Below are positions 1 through 12,600 of a DNA stretch of 64,000 bases, in pieces; the first letter of the stretch is position 1, and every line of letters begins with the position of its first letter. The stretch spans positions 5,704,001 to 5,768,000 of the forward strand of contig OZ210884.1 in NCBI GenBank assembly GCA_964658305.1. The letters are read 5' to 3'. The notes beneath the pieces are model-generated. The model made no database searches. It saw nothing but the letters and a program-made list of their open reading frames with translations, and was not told the origin of the DNA. The position numbers were made by a program, and so were the translations under genes. The stretch comes from Leptogorgia sarmentosa. Taxonomy: Eukaryota.

Positions 1-1685
1 CATGGAGTCAGACAAAGGTATAAACGCTGGTGAATTTTCAAATTGCACCAAATATTTCATAACACACCACCCATATTGAGATTTCATGTGATGACACTAA
101 ATTCGGAGCTGGGGGGTGCAGCTAAAAAGGGGCTGGTGTTATTAATTCTATATAATTGCAGTTTTATTTTCATGCCAGTGGCACTGGTTCCTTGCAGCTT
201 TTGCTCAAGTTTGATGAATAAATATTTCATTTTGTTACAGATTGTTTCAGACGTTTTCCGTGAATGGCCTGCAGGAATTATGGAAAAGCAAAATACTGAA
301 TTACATTTTTTTGTTATATGCATTCGAACACTACTTCGAAATTAATTGTTTTCAAATTAATTGGGGCACTTGGTCTTAGAATATGATGCACGTTAGATTA
401 GAAGAAAAAATCATAATAAACAGCTTTATTGGTGGTATGTGTTAGATTGAATTTATGGATGAAGAATGTGCTAGTTTTGTCTTTGTTTTTTGTACACCTC
501 CATGTTGTTTTTCTTTCATGCTTCCCCCTCCTTGAAATGTTTACGAACTTAATTTAAGCACCAATGGCGTTACTACTAGAACATTTTGGTTGCCTTTAGA
601 TTGTGTTCGCATGTTGACAGAAAATTAATTGGTGTATGTTATAGGTGGAACTTTTATTGAGGTCATTGTTTCTGTTTTTAAGCAACATATGAAAACGAAC
701 CATTTTTAGTGTATTTTTATAGGTATAATTAATGTAGTATATTAAATATAGCTATAGTATTTTCTCGAAAAAAAGTTCCGCAGAATTCAGCACAATGTTT
801 TAGAGTTGGCATGGTAAAAATGTGAGGCTAAGAGTTATAATCAAGGCGCCTCCACACCAGTTCAATCGGGGGGCCCATAGCTGAGGATTTACGCCACTGG
901 TAAGCACCATTACGTTGCTGATGTTAATTCAATTTGCATTTTATAGTTATAATTAAGAAAATAAAGGCAATAATGTTGCACTGTACCATATTTCAAAGAT
1001 CCCTAAAGGGATCTAAAAGTAGGTATATTCCAAGGAAGCTCGAAATCGTTACGATTCTAATCTCATTTAGCGTTCAAGAATATTTGCTATTTAAATCAAA
1101 ATTGCGGCCATGAATGAAAATTAAAAACATGTATTTTAAGAGCCTGGCAAGAGTCTATATTCACAGTACTAGTTCTAATGTAACGTTATACATGAAATAG
1201 GAAGAATTAATTAGGACAAAGTTCTTACTATCTAAATGAACCCTCCGGTGCAATCATTCACACTCTCCTAAACGCTCACAATCACTTGGTTTGGCTGGCT
1301 GTGGTGGACTTGGTTTTTTATATTCACATGGACAATCAGATAACGTAACGAAGTACATCCATTTATTGTAAATCATGTAACCACTCTGACCTTCGCGATA
1401 CCATCCCCGCCAACCGTTACGTAGTCCTGGAACTAGTAAAATTGAAAATGTATGTGTTAAATGGACATAGAGTGGATAGCCTATCGACCAATTCTACCAA
1501 AGAGCGGTGGTGTATCCACGACCATATTGGGAGAGGAGGGAAGGGGGGCACAATTTAAGAATGTAAACAGATTTTCGAACAAATAGTGCAGGAATTTAGC
1601 GATATTTTTTCAAAAATGTTGTGTGGATTAATTAATAAGAGTTGTACCGTTAATCTAGCTTTCAGCAGCTGTCACAGTAGTTCAT

Positions 1686-2180
1686 TTAAACGTTTCTGAC
1701 TGTGCGTGTGTTGCCTAGCTTACAGTACTTACCCACACAAACTTTTCTAAAGCTGTAACAAACTTGCCCAACATTATCACCAGGTTTATAAGGCAAATAC
1801 ATCACGTCACCATTTGCCGAGCCAGATGGACCAATTTTACCCGGCAAACCAACATCTCCTGGGTCTCCTCTCACTCCCTCGAGGCCTGGAACTCCCTGAT
1901 TTCCAGGATAACCTGGTCTTCCAACGTCGCCTTTTTCACCAGGAACGCCAGTCGGGCAGGGTCCTTCGCCACATTGTGATCTAGTACCACGAAAAAATAC
2001 CCTGCCTGGATCTCCGGGATCACCACCCACACCGTCAGGACCTATTTTACCTTTCACGCCTTTAGGGCCGGGGTTACCACGAGGACAGTGGGCACAATTC
2101 TCCTTTGTTGGATTAACTGTAGTCTCTTGAGACACAGTCATAGTCACCATGACAACAAGAAGAAAGATGGAAATTCTCAT
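1686..2180 (-). CDS. Secreted short-chain collagen-like protein (164 aa)
   Basis: Hydrophobic signal peptide (MRISIFLLVVMVTMTVS), then CxxC-P, 9 Gly-X-Y triplets, a Cys-containing interruption (QCGEGPCP), 15 Gly-X-Y triplets and a 3-Cys C-terminal tail. Single coding exon. Probable 5'UTR intron (donor GTAAGT at 2356-2351, acceptor TTTGCAG ending at 2198) and AATAAA on the minus strand near 1362-1367. Confidence 0.9.
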   Translation of the reverse strand: MRISIFLLVVMVTMTVSQETTVNPTKENCAHCPRGNPGPKGVKGKIGPDGVGGDPGDPGRVFFRGTRSQCGEGPCPTGVPGEKGDVGRPGYPGNQGVPGLEGVRGDPGDVGLPGKIGPSGSANGDVMYLPYKPGDNVGQVCYSFRKVCVGKYCKLGNTRTVRNV

Positions 2181-3912
2181 GTTGCTCGACTTAACAGCTG
2201 CAAAGGAACAAAACTAAAGTTATAATCTGCACGAAATAATTACATTTGACCCCATACTTCTTTTGGGTGATGTTCTACAATATTCTTGAAGTTTATCCTT
2301 CTTAATTGTATTTGGTGATTATTAATATGTCCTTGACCTTGACTGCTAATACTTACTCGCAGGAGTATGGTAAAGCGGTTCCTGATTATAGCGAAAATGT
2401 TTTTGCTAAAAAGAAGCGTATCATTAATGCGCCCGGGCGGTAGCCTGCTTAACCAAGGGAACTCATACCTATATATATACATGTACGATCTTAAAAATTT
2501 AATACAAGGATATAATTATACAAAAAACCAGCGATCATTAATTTCGATCAATTCAGCAGCATTCTACCTTTCAACAACGTTTCAAGTATTGTCTTACACA
2601 TGCAAGAAGATGCTGCACCTAGAAATTTCGATGGCGAAAATTGAAATATAACACACTTCGACGAACGTACTATATCTTGAGGAAAAACACCATTCATATC
2701 AAGCTTAATTCCCAAATAGCTACCATATACAGTATAATTTTTGAAGTTTCGTCAGTAAAAAACCTTCCGTGGGTATTTTCCTATATTTTCTCACCCAATT
2801 TATATATCAAGTACTCAAGTCATTTGTATTCATAGGGCAATGATACAAGTGAAGTGCCTTTTCAGCTTGATGCTTTATATAAAAAAGTGTCAGTTCTTCC
2901 CTGGATATCTTGTATAGTATTGCGTTCCATTGCAGTACTGGCATATAACTTTGGAAGCGCTTCAAGAATATGATATAGTATCATATTATCGCACCGTATG
3001 ACATTGGCATACACGGCCATTACGATCTTTGACAGATACTACACTGTAACATGGAATATTGCTTTCAAAACAAGTGCGCAACTAACTAATATACATTCTT
3101 TAACAAAGCAATGTGACCCTGTGTTTGAAAATAGCTAAATTTTCATAAAAAAGACAACATTATTAACAAGAGACCATTGTGTTACCTTAGGTGAATAGCG
3201 CAACGTTATAACGTATAATTGAAACATTATCGCCTATACTAAGTGAAAAAGTAGACATACCGTACCTCGAACTGCAAACTGGATAAAGAATCTTCTATTT
3301 CAAATGCCGAGGCAAAAAAATATGGCCCAGATAACAGATAAACGCCAATATTCGTCGCACTTGCACAGTTATAGGCGACCACTGGGTGTCTGTTATATGA
3401 CACGTTTATGTCTGATGATGTATACTTCTGACATTTGATCAGGAAAAAGTTATGAGCAACCCGCAGTAATCAGGCATGCGGACAAACGGGAACTGCGCCG
3501 CAGACAAGCGCACATGTACAGACGATTGAGACGAGCAGAAGTTTTTAGTTATAATTATATCAAACCTCAAATACCAGCATGGAAAATTGAACAAATTCAT
3601 CTAGCGAAAAACAGGCGTATAGCGCAATCTAGGTGATCTGTTACCTTCCGGTAATGCATCGAAGGCTGATCATAAAAAATCACAAATCTCACCGCAGTGA
3701 AAGCCTGGATTTCCTGTTAACTCAAATATCAATGCCAGATTAATGTAGCATGTAAAGGATTTAATAAACTTCGTTTCGGCCCAATATTTCTTTTGAAAAA
3801 TTGGTTCGGTTTATCAGCAATTTTGGGAGAATTATGTTGTAAATTTGCGAAGTTTGAACAACACATGCAGTATAGTAATTCAAATTCTTGCTAGCATTTA
3901 TATCGCGTTTTA

Positions 3913-4198
3913 GGCCCCGTCGACTACACGTATCCGGATAAATTTGAAAACGCATAAATATTTATCCGTTTTCAAAAAAGTCAGCGTCCACACGTTGTCG
4001 TTTCTGAATCGTTTTTGGCGTCCACACGTAAACGCGAAAACGATTTGAAAACGCTGACATCGCCTACTAAGCATGCTCTTTAGAGAAAAAAATGTGTGCC
4101 CACATGCTCATCGGCTAATATAAATGTGTGGACGGAACCCGTAACCGTATAAATATTTATGTGTTTTCAAATTTATCCGGATACGTGTGGACGGGGCC
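3913..4198. mobile_element. MITE, PIF/Harbinger-type
   Basis: About 55-bp terminal inverted repeats (GGCCCCGTC..ACACGTATCCGGATAAATTTGAAAAC..), flanked by TTA on both sides (3910-3912 and 4199-4201). Confidence 0.85.
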
Positions 4199-4520
4199 TT
4201 AGTCTTAAAAGTATTACTCATAAAAATGAAAATAGTGAACAGTCAGGCAAAAACGTTGTTGCTGGGCATGAGAGATCTTGCACATAATAAGACAGTGAAT
4301 ATGATTATCATTGATAGGACTAAAAACAACAATATAACACCCTAGGAAATACTAATATTTCTCACAGTTTAATCATTATTATTATTATTATTATTTCAAT
4401 TTGTTATGTACGAAAAGTAATTATCAAGAGCTGCGGTTGAAACTTGGCAGGCATTGCTCCAAAAATATTGGATTATGACTTTGTCGAAAAAGCTATGTAC
4501 GTAACTGACAGCGCGTGTCA

Positions 4521-7227
4521 TCATGGGTCTTTTTCCGAATTTACCATAACTTGATGATTGTTCAAACTTGGTTCATTCGATTCTAGATCTCGCCTATCGA
4601 CCGTCAACCTGTGATAAGTTTCCTTAACAAATAACAACAAAATTGTTGAAACTCCACAAGTACAAACGGTCGTCCATAACATCCATTTCGTCCCATAACT
4701 CCCCAGCGGTATAGCAAGAAATCCAGTTTGTAAAATATTATTAAAGAACGTGATCATCCCAGCAGTTATTCCCTCAGCGACCGGGTAAGTGATCTCTACA
4801 CCAAGTTCAAAGAAGAATGGAATAGTGCCATTCAGAAAGAAACCACTCAATGCAAACATGATGTAGACAGCGATCTCGTTGAACGAGATAACTCCAGTAA
4901 AAACGTAGCAGATTAATAACACTATGTAAAATGACAGTGCCATGAAGACAACGAGAAATAACTTGTGATGACCTGAAAAACGATCTGCAAACCTAAGAGA
5001 AAAATAGAGCTCGGATGTGACATACTGTTCAATGTCTAATTTATCTCCCTGACTAAACATATTTGCAAGTTTACTTAGAAAATCCATTAATTCATCATTA
5101 TACTGGAATCACTTGCACTTATACTTGAAGCTATGTATAATATGTTGCTTGCAATGGACATAAATGGTAGGAGCTCAGTATTGGCTGAAAGCCAGAGGCC
5201 TTTCATGCAGTGGTAATGAGGTCAAATGCCCCACTTGCATCACTTTGCAAGCTAGTGACAGTTGTTGTCCCATTGATGTTTGAAGGTTCCCTTTTCATGT
5301 ACACGCTTTCTTACGCGTAAATAATCAGCATATAAAATTCTCACAACTTGTCAACAAGATTTGTTCGCAACAAACTTGGAGCGAGCTTGTCAACAAGCTG
5401 CATAAACAATGCTTTTATTTTGACAAGGCGCTTATGTGAGTAATGGCCAATGGGCAAACGATAATGGGGAAGTACGGGTACAAAATTATGGCATAATTCT
5501 ATGATACCATCCCTGACCCCTCCCATCACCTTCCGTAATTTAAAGGCTGGAATTGCCCATTACGGAATTGTATTACGCAGACGCATTCACTTACAATGAG
5601 AATGAGACTCCCGAAAAACTTCCGCTGATGACAGCAACAAAACCAAGCCATCCAGCAAACTTCGCATTCACTGATATACCATACTCAGATAAATTTTGAT
5701 ACAATACTGAACACCATCCTCCATACACGCCAGTACTTACTCCGTATATTGTGGCCAGTAACAGAAAATTGTAATTTTTGAAAAGTTTTTTAATTCCGTT
5801 TTTAAAATCAACGCGTCCAGTAGCAGCTGAGAGGCTTGGAGGTTTCTTTGGCTTTGCAGGAAAGTAAATGACGATTCCCAGAAAGATAATTAACTGCAGA
5901 GCAGCTTCCGAGTACAGAAGATTGTTGATCTGTTCTTTATACATATTTATCTCGGTGCTATTTATTTGATAGTGATTGTCCAACTTAGGGATATCCGAAT
6001 CTTTAATATCTTCAACAAACAAAGGAGCGATGATGAATCCTAACGCAGTTCCAATATAGGTAGCAACGGTTGATATAGCCGTTGTAGTCGTTCGCTGGTT
6101 TGGAGGAAACCAGGTCGAAGATATCAAAGCAGCAGGGGACATTCCACCAGCTAGACCGATAATGAACTGACCACAGTGCATTAAAACGGTTTCTATCGTG
6201 TTGTCATTAGTCGGAATACATCGTAAAGCAGAACCGAAGAATTGCAACCCAGCTGCCAAAATCATTGTCAGTCGTAAACCTACAAAAAAGGAATGAATCA
6301 ATTTTACGTGCTTTAATTTACCAAATGCTTGACTGCAAGTGTGAATGGAGAAATGATATTAAAAAGATAATTTTCGAGAAGGGATTTTGAAATAAACACA
6401 ACACTAAAGCGACCTATGCTCATGACATGAATGATTTAGAGGAGCTCGAAAAGAGTACTGGTTGAAAATGTAAAGGTTTTCCTCGAATATGAGAATAACA
6501 TTGAATATGTCGTACTTAAATAATATAGACAAAAACATTGATTTCGTTTCCCCTCCCCGTATCAACCTTATTCAATGATAACAACTCTTAATATTTAACC
6601 GTAATTCAATGAATTTTGCAAAGAAGCAACCAATGGTGAACCCCCACAGAAATCATAATGACTACCAATACGTGTGTTTTACACAAAGTTTTCAATGTTT
6701 TTGCAGGTTGACCACGCGTAGCTACTATATTGTCTTTCTTTGTATCGTAGCCAATCGCAATCAATCACAATTGAGTAATATTGACGACATTTCTGCTTAT
6801 AACTTATTTGCATGACAACAGCTGCTAGTCTTGTACGGAAAAGTAACGAATCAGGGATGTAAACTATTTTTTTCATTCAATGGTATCAAGATTAGTCTGC
6901 AATACCTTTGACATCCATGATCCAAGCAAATGGTATCATTGCGATACAAAATGTAATACATCCCCAAGCAGCCATTAAGTCAATGACGTAATCATCCCAG
7001 TCATACACTGCTCTGGCTGTAGCTTGAATTGGTCCCCAAGTATTCCACATAACATTTTGCAAGATTGCTATTAGGCAATACATGAGTAAAATATACCATC
7101 GCTTTTTGTAGATTGTTACTTCCCTTGTACTTCTCCCTTGGATGCATATTTTAGGCTGTTGCAGTAAACATTTGTCCGTTGCCGTTGGATATGACTGGTT
7201 ATTGCCACAGTCGACAGAACTCTCCAT
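4521..7227 (-). CDS. SLC49A4: MFS transporter, SLC49 family (DIRC2/SLC49A4, FLVCR-related), 492 aa
   Basis: complement(join(4521..4992,5595..6279,6906..7227)). Both introns are GT-AG and phase-compatible; total 1479 nt. Family motifs: YKKRWYIL, WNTWGPI, WFPPNQRTTTTAI, FPAKPKKPPS, FFELGVEITYPVAEG. Confidence 0.9.
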
Positions 7228-7399
7228 ACAAATTTATATTCAGTCAAACTGCTGGTGCAAATTGAACTTTAAACAGTCGAATCCGGTTGCTCTTTGAATG
7301 TCGTGCAGAAAGTGCGACAAGATAGTCAAAATACTGGACGCCTTTGATTCTTCAAATTGTATTCCATGGTTATTATTTTTCATTAAAAACACTTCAAGA

Positions 7400-7640
7400 G
7401 TTTTGATTGGCTGAGAGCTGCTGGTTGAAATAATAATCCGTTCCGTGTTGCTCAAATTTGAAGGTATGACGTCACCCAACCTTAGACAAATTAACAACCA
7501 AATTAACAACCTTAAACAACCAAAAAACAAATTTTGACGTAAGTGCATGCGCAATTGTGTCATAATAATTATGACACAATGTTATTATACTGGGAAAATG
7601 CAGTACCCGTATGCAACACAGCGTGACGTCAACAACAGTG
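7400..7640. promoter_or_regulatory. Putative promoter of the SLC49 gene with CRE/ATF sites
   Basis: TGACGTCA at 7467-7474 and 7624-7631, TGACGTAA at 7535-7542, NRF1-like TGCATGCGCA at 7544-7553, and a minus-strand CCAAT near 7406. All lie 180-400 nt upstream of the ATG. Confidence 0.4.
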
Positions 7641-9222
7641 TGTCTAAAGATTTGCTAGACACCTCTCTGAAACTGAAAGAATTATCGAAATCGATATTAA
7701 TTTTACTTCACTCGGGCATATCCGAGTCGAAGCGACTGACTCGCGTTTCATCTCATTCGTGAGCAGCTCGAAACTTGCAAGCTCTGGCGAGTCATGAAAA
7801 TTCAGCTCAGGCAATTTGTAAAAATACGAAGCAAATAATTTGAAGTACTTGTCTGAATTCAATAAAACGCAAAATGGTAAATGATAACGAGAATAACAAA
7901 TCACACATGGCGGCTATAAATTAATATCGTCGATTGATCCTTGCCTGTGACCGAAGGATTAGTCTACATCATATATCACTAGAATTATCTATTCTACTAG
8001 AATAGATACATTTACTGCATCAAATCAAAACGATAAATGATTCCAAAGTACAAATTAAATTGCAGAAAATTAAATAGCACTTACAGACTCACAATTTCTT
8101 GAGAATTTCAATTTCACAATTTCTACTGATATTCAAGCCACGCCATGCAGCATGCGCTGTATTTGAAGTGTATATCGCTTCAACCCAACTATGTTTATGG
8201 CCAAAGCTATCAAATGTCTCATGATTGACATATTTAAATATTCTTTTTATACCAATACAAGTATAGTGTGTTTCATGGTAATTAAAGACATTAGCATGAG
8301 ATTTTTTCCGAAGCGTATCATCTTTTATTTGTGCACTAATCTTAGCTGTCTGATTTGTAACATGTCAGTTGACATGTCAGAACAATATTTTAAATTATCA
8401 TGTTTCTGGTTGACGTTTGTTATTCTGTCCGGAAATATATCATGTGAATACAGCGATAAAATAAATGACTCGATGACTCAATGGCTGATGTGAATTTTCC
8501 CCCTGAATCCCTGATCACAATACTGCAAAATTAAAAAAAAACGGCCAATATCGACGTCTGGGCTTCACTGTTTGCCGCAGGCTATATGGCGTATAGAGTT
8601 CACTGATAATAATACCTGGGTACGAAGCTGTACAATTTTAGCTATTAGACAACGGTTACGAAACGAGTTCGAGGATGGGTATTGAAACAAGAAAATTTGT
8701 CATGCAATACAAAAAATATGAACAATTTTTTGCGCCAGCCGCCAGGAGTATCCTTAGGGTGTCGCCTGCTTTTCCTGTTCCCTCATTTGATTGTTTATGA
8801 TGTTGAATGTCTAAAGAAACGGTTACTATAATAAATATAATGTGAACGACTGGATTAATAATGAATGCATGTTCTGAGTGCTTGATTCTTCACACACTTG
8901 CAAAGTAGCTACTGTAATTGCAAAAAATCACAATTCAAAAGTTATGAATTATTGGAATAATAATGGTTGTACTGTACATTAGCAATTAAATTAAGGACAC
9001 ACAAGACGTAACTAGCTATGTATACTTTCCAATATTACTTTGGAATCTGTATTAAGCTGATAATATTCTTCATTTCCCTTGTATTCCTTGAGCAAGCTGT
9101 TCAAATTAATCTGTATTATTTATTGATATTAATATTTAACATATATGAGCTTGTGTTCGGTTGTTATTTATTCAGGCTGAAAAAATAACCAGCCTTTTGA
9201 TGTATTAAACCTGATTGTACTT

Positions 9223-9442
9223 GGGTGCAGTTGTTCAAACACCGGTTAGTTGAGCCTTGAGTTAACTTAAAATTTAAAGCAAGTTTTCCAAACATTTTTT
9301 ATGAAATTATGAATATTTCTTGGAACAACTTGTGGATTAAAAAAATTTCTTCTTTATTGAATTTTCGAAGCATGAATATACAAAAACACTGGGTAATTTT
9401 AATCAAGGTTCAACCTTACCCTAGCTTTGAACAACCAGCACC
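9223..9442. mobile_element. Degenerate MITE
   Basis: Imperfect terminal inverted repeats GGTGCAGTTGTTCAAA / TTTGAACAACCAGCACC. Confidence 0.55.
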
Positions 9443-9693
9443 TGGGGTACTGTCGCAAGTTGTTACCATCATGGCTTTCCGAACCTGGTATTTCGAAGGA
9501 AATCAAGCCATATGACATGACATAACAAACTGCAAAATCTTCACATCTTCGACATGATTAAAAGACTGCAGGCTATGATATTTCGTTTGGCATGCAGTCA
9601 AACCTATAAACTTCATTATATACAGTAGTTCTCGTGCACCATTAAATTTACGTGATGTTAAATATTGTTTGTTCCTAATCATTGTTTCCAAAG

Positions 9694-12600
9694 CTATTTA
9701 CTAATGGTGCGAAGTACATAGACAATTGCAGCACTCACAAGAACCAGGGTAATTATTACAAGAACAAGTGTTACAGTAATAAGCATTTTTATATTGTCAT
9801 CGTCATCGTCTTCTATATTAATGAGAAATAAAAGAACTGTCAGGCGGTTTGATTAAACCTATGAATACTTGGTCTTGTTGTTCTATGCATGGCGCGTTTT
9901 CCGTCAGTGTAATAAAAAGAGATTAGAATTAATTTAAAAACATTAAAATTACCTTCTAATTTTTCGCCATCTTCCTTTTGTTTTGTGCCTCCTGTGAAAA
10001 ATAAATATGAAAGAGTCCATAAACCATGTCTGGAATATATGAATTAAGATAATTAGTGTAACTGATAAAATTTCGTGACTTTGTGCATTTTCCAATTGAA
10101 ATACCTGTAGGTCTATTCTCAGATTTGGATGCTGATTCCAGAGTTGCCGTAGGCGAAAAACTCCCTGAGGTTCCAGCTAGGAAATCAAGTTAAATGAAAT
10201 TTATTTCAATTTGCTATCCGACGGACACTTAATAACAGGGGAGAAATTGGACAGCCATGAATGTAAATTCTAATTTTCAATGCTCGTCTAATTAGCTCAA
10301 AAAGAAATTCAAATAAAAACATTTGATAGTTTATTTCACTACTCCTATTTAATATCACATCCTTACCTATAACCATCCCTATCTTCTGAAATGTTAAAAT
10401 ATAAATACGATTTTAACATGCCACGATATAGTAATAGGCAAGAATATGCCAGTATAGTATGCTAAAGTTGTGATGTACTTACGCAAAGTGAAATTAATTT
10501 GCAATGCGGATGATGGCATCATCTTGACTGATGGTGAGACATATTGTGAGTTTTGAGTCCTTGATAATATAGAGCTGGAATAATTGTTATTTTCTAAAAT
10601 GAAACAGAAAATTCATGCGTCGCCATGCAGAACGTGACACTGTTAGGCTGCTTGGTCTTTTACTTTTCTACCCAAATTTCAATTTTCGCACAATATAATA
10701 TTATTTAGCTAATTCGTGATTATTTGGGCGAAAGCTGCATGAGCCGGATAAGGGACATTAGCACGAAATGTGCGTCATGTGATATTTACCTGCCTGAAAT
10801 AGACCCTATCCCTGTATATCCTTATCCCTAACCCTTTCCCTATGCCTAACCATATTACTTAACCAGGTTTTCACTGTACAACATTTTGCTTACAACTGTC
10901 GCATGCATTGCGCTTACAACTCGAATTATACAATGCGAATTAATTCCGCAATTCGCTGCAACATGCATCGATACAACAGGAAAAAAGTTGTAGCCTTTTG
11001 AAAGCATGCTTTAAAAGCTAAATTACCCAATTACGACAATCGTAAGCGCGACAATTGCATGCGACAGTTGCATGTGAGCATGTTGTACAGTGTAAAAAGG
11101 CCCTTATAAAGGCACTTACGTGTGGGCAAAGGTGTATTCCCTGTCAAAGACACTGATGACATCACTTGATTTACTGATGTTGACATAACTCGTGTGGATT
11201 GTGGAAATAATGATACGCTGATGGGATTGGTTTTGTTCACTAAACAGAATGAGAGAAAAATTGAATAATACGGAGTTTATAATCTTTACGTTCAAATGGC
11301 AGTGAAACGACAGACGTACGCTGGGCGAGCTAGGACATGTTTTTGTCTGTAAGGCAGTGACTTCTTGTTTTAAAACTTCAACGTTTAGTTATTCTTTTGG
11401 CACAAGGAAGAAAATTCGGGACGAAGTGGTTAAACCAGCATTATATGCAGCTAGGAAGGGAATTACGCCCTGCCATTCGTAGTTCGCTGTTGACTGGAAT
11501 CACACAACTTAGACTCTCTACTGCGGAAACTTGGTGACTGCATGTTGGAAACAACGGCTTTCTTTTTTCCCGAATTTGAATTCGAAGCCTTAACCCTTAA
11601 TTATTTTCGTTCTGTTAATTCATATATTCAAACAACAACACGTTGCTAGTGATACAACATGGTTTGCTGGCATAAATAAGGAACTGGAACTACTTGAAAA
11701 ATACAGTAATGCAGTTGAAGAATCTCCTAAATGCAGTACTACAGTTTAGTGCTTTTAAGGACGCTCGCTTTTTATAGTCTAGAAAATCAGTCATGATTTG
11801 CGGTTTTAATTGATGTGAAAATCTCTTACTATTCTCGGTTCTCTTTAGGATCAAAGACTTTATTGCATCAGCTACATGATTCAAATTTTTTGACAGTAAA
11901 GTTTATACGTACCAATTCTTCTTTCCAATATAGTTAAAAATAAAGTCTTTAGTCTGCAGTCGCCACCACCGTTCCGGGAATGACATGACACGGCCACGTT
12001 ATTTTCAGCTTTGGTCAATTTAATTGACATTGTTTGAACACAATTGCCCTTAGATCTGTCACAAATTTCGGTTTTACTTGACGTTTCGTTGAAAATAGCA
12101 CTAACTTGATGCGGGGGATCCTGGATGAAAGTTGTAAATTTATAACGAGGTTTACCAGCAGTACACGTTATATTTATTTCATCGCCAACAAAAGCAACCA
12201 ATCCAGGCGATAATGTGATGTTCAAGTCTGGCGCTCTGTTGTCCGACTCGACTGCAAAGAAGACGATTCAGAGTTGCTAATGAGCAAGTTATTCCAAGGC
12301 CGTCGGAAGCGGGGGGCCCCCAATAATTTTTACATGTACAAAACAAACCAAAACAAAACACTCAGACTAGAAAAAATGCGAACCTGATCTTCAGAATTCT
12401 AAAAAATGTACTTCCCAAAACGCTGGAAATCCTATTTTCGGGGGTTCTAGATTTAAAAATTTTCTACGGGGAGCATACCCCCAAGCAGCGCGAACGCCTT
12501 CGGCATTCGCCGAGTGCTGAGGCTTCTGGCGACCCCCCCCCCCCCGCCCCAATGTATATTTGCTTCCGACGGCCTTGTATTCAGTTTCAATTGTTCATGC

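Noticed and set aside
1..800. ORFs 43..345 (+) and 84..323 (-)
   Set aside because: No recognisable motifs and no supporting splice structure; looks like UTR or intergenic DNA.
1686..2180. Calling the short collagen a nematocyst minicollagen
   Set aside because: It lacks polyproline stretches and the CxxxCxxxCxxxCxxxCC domains.
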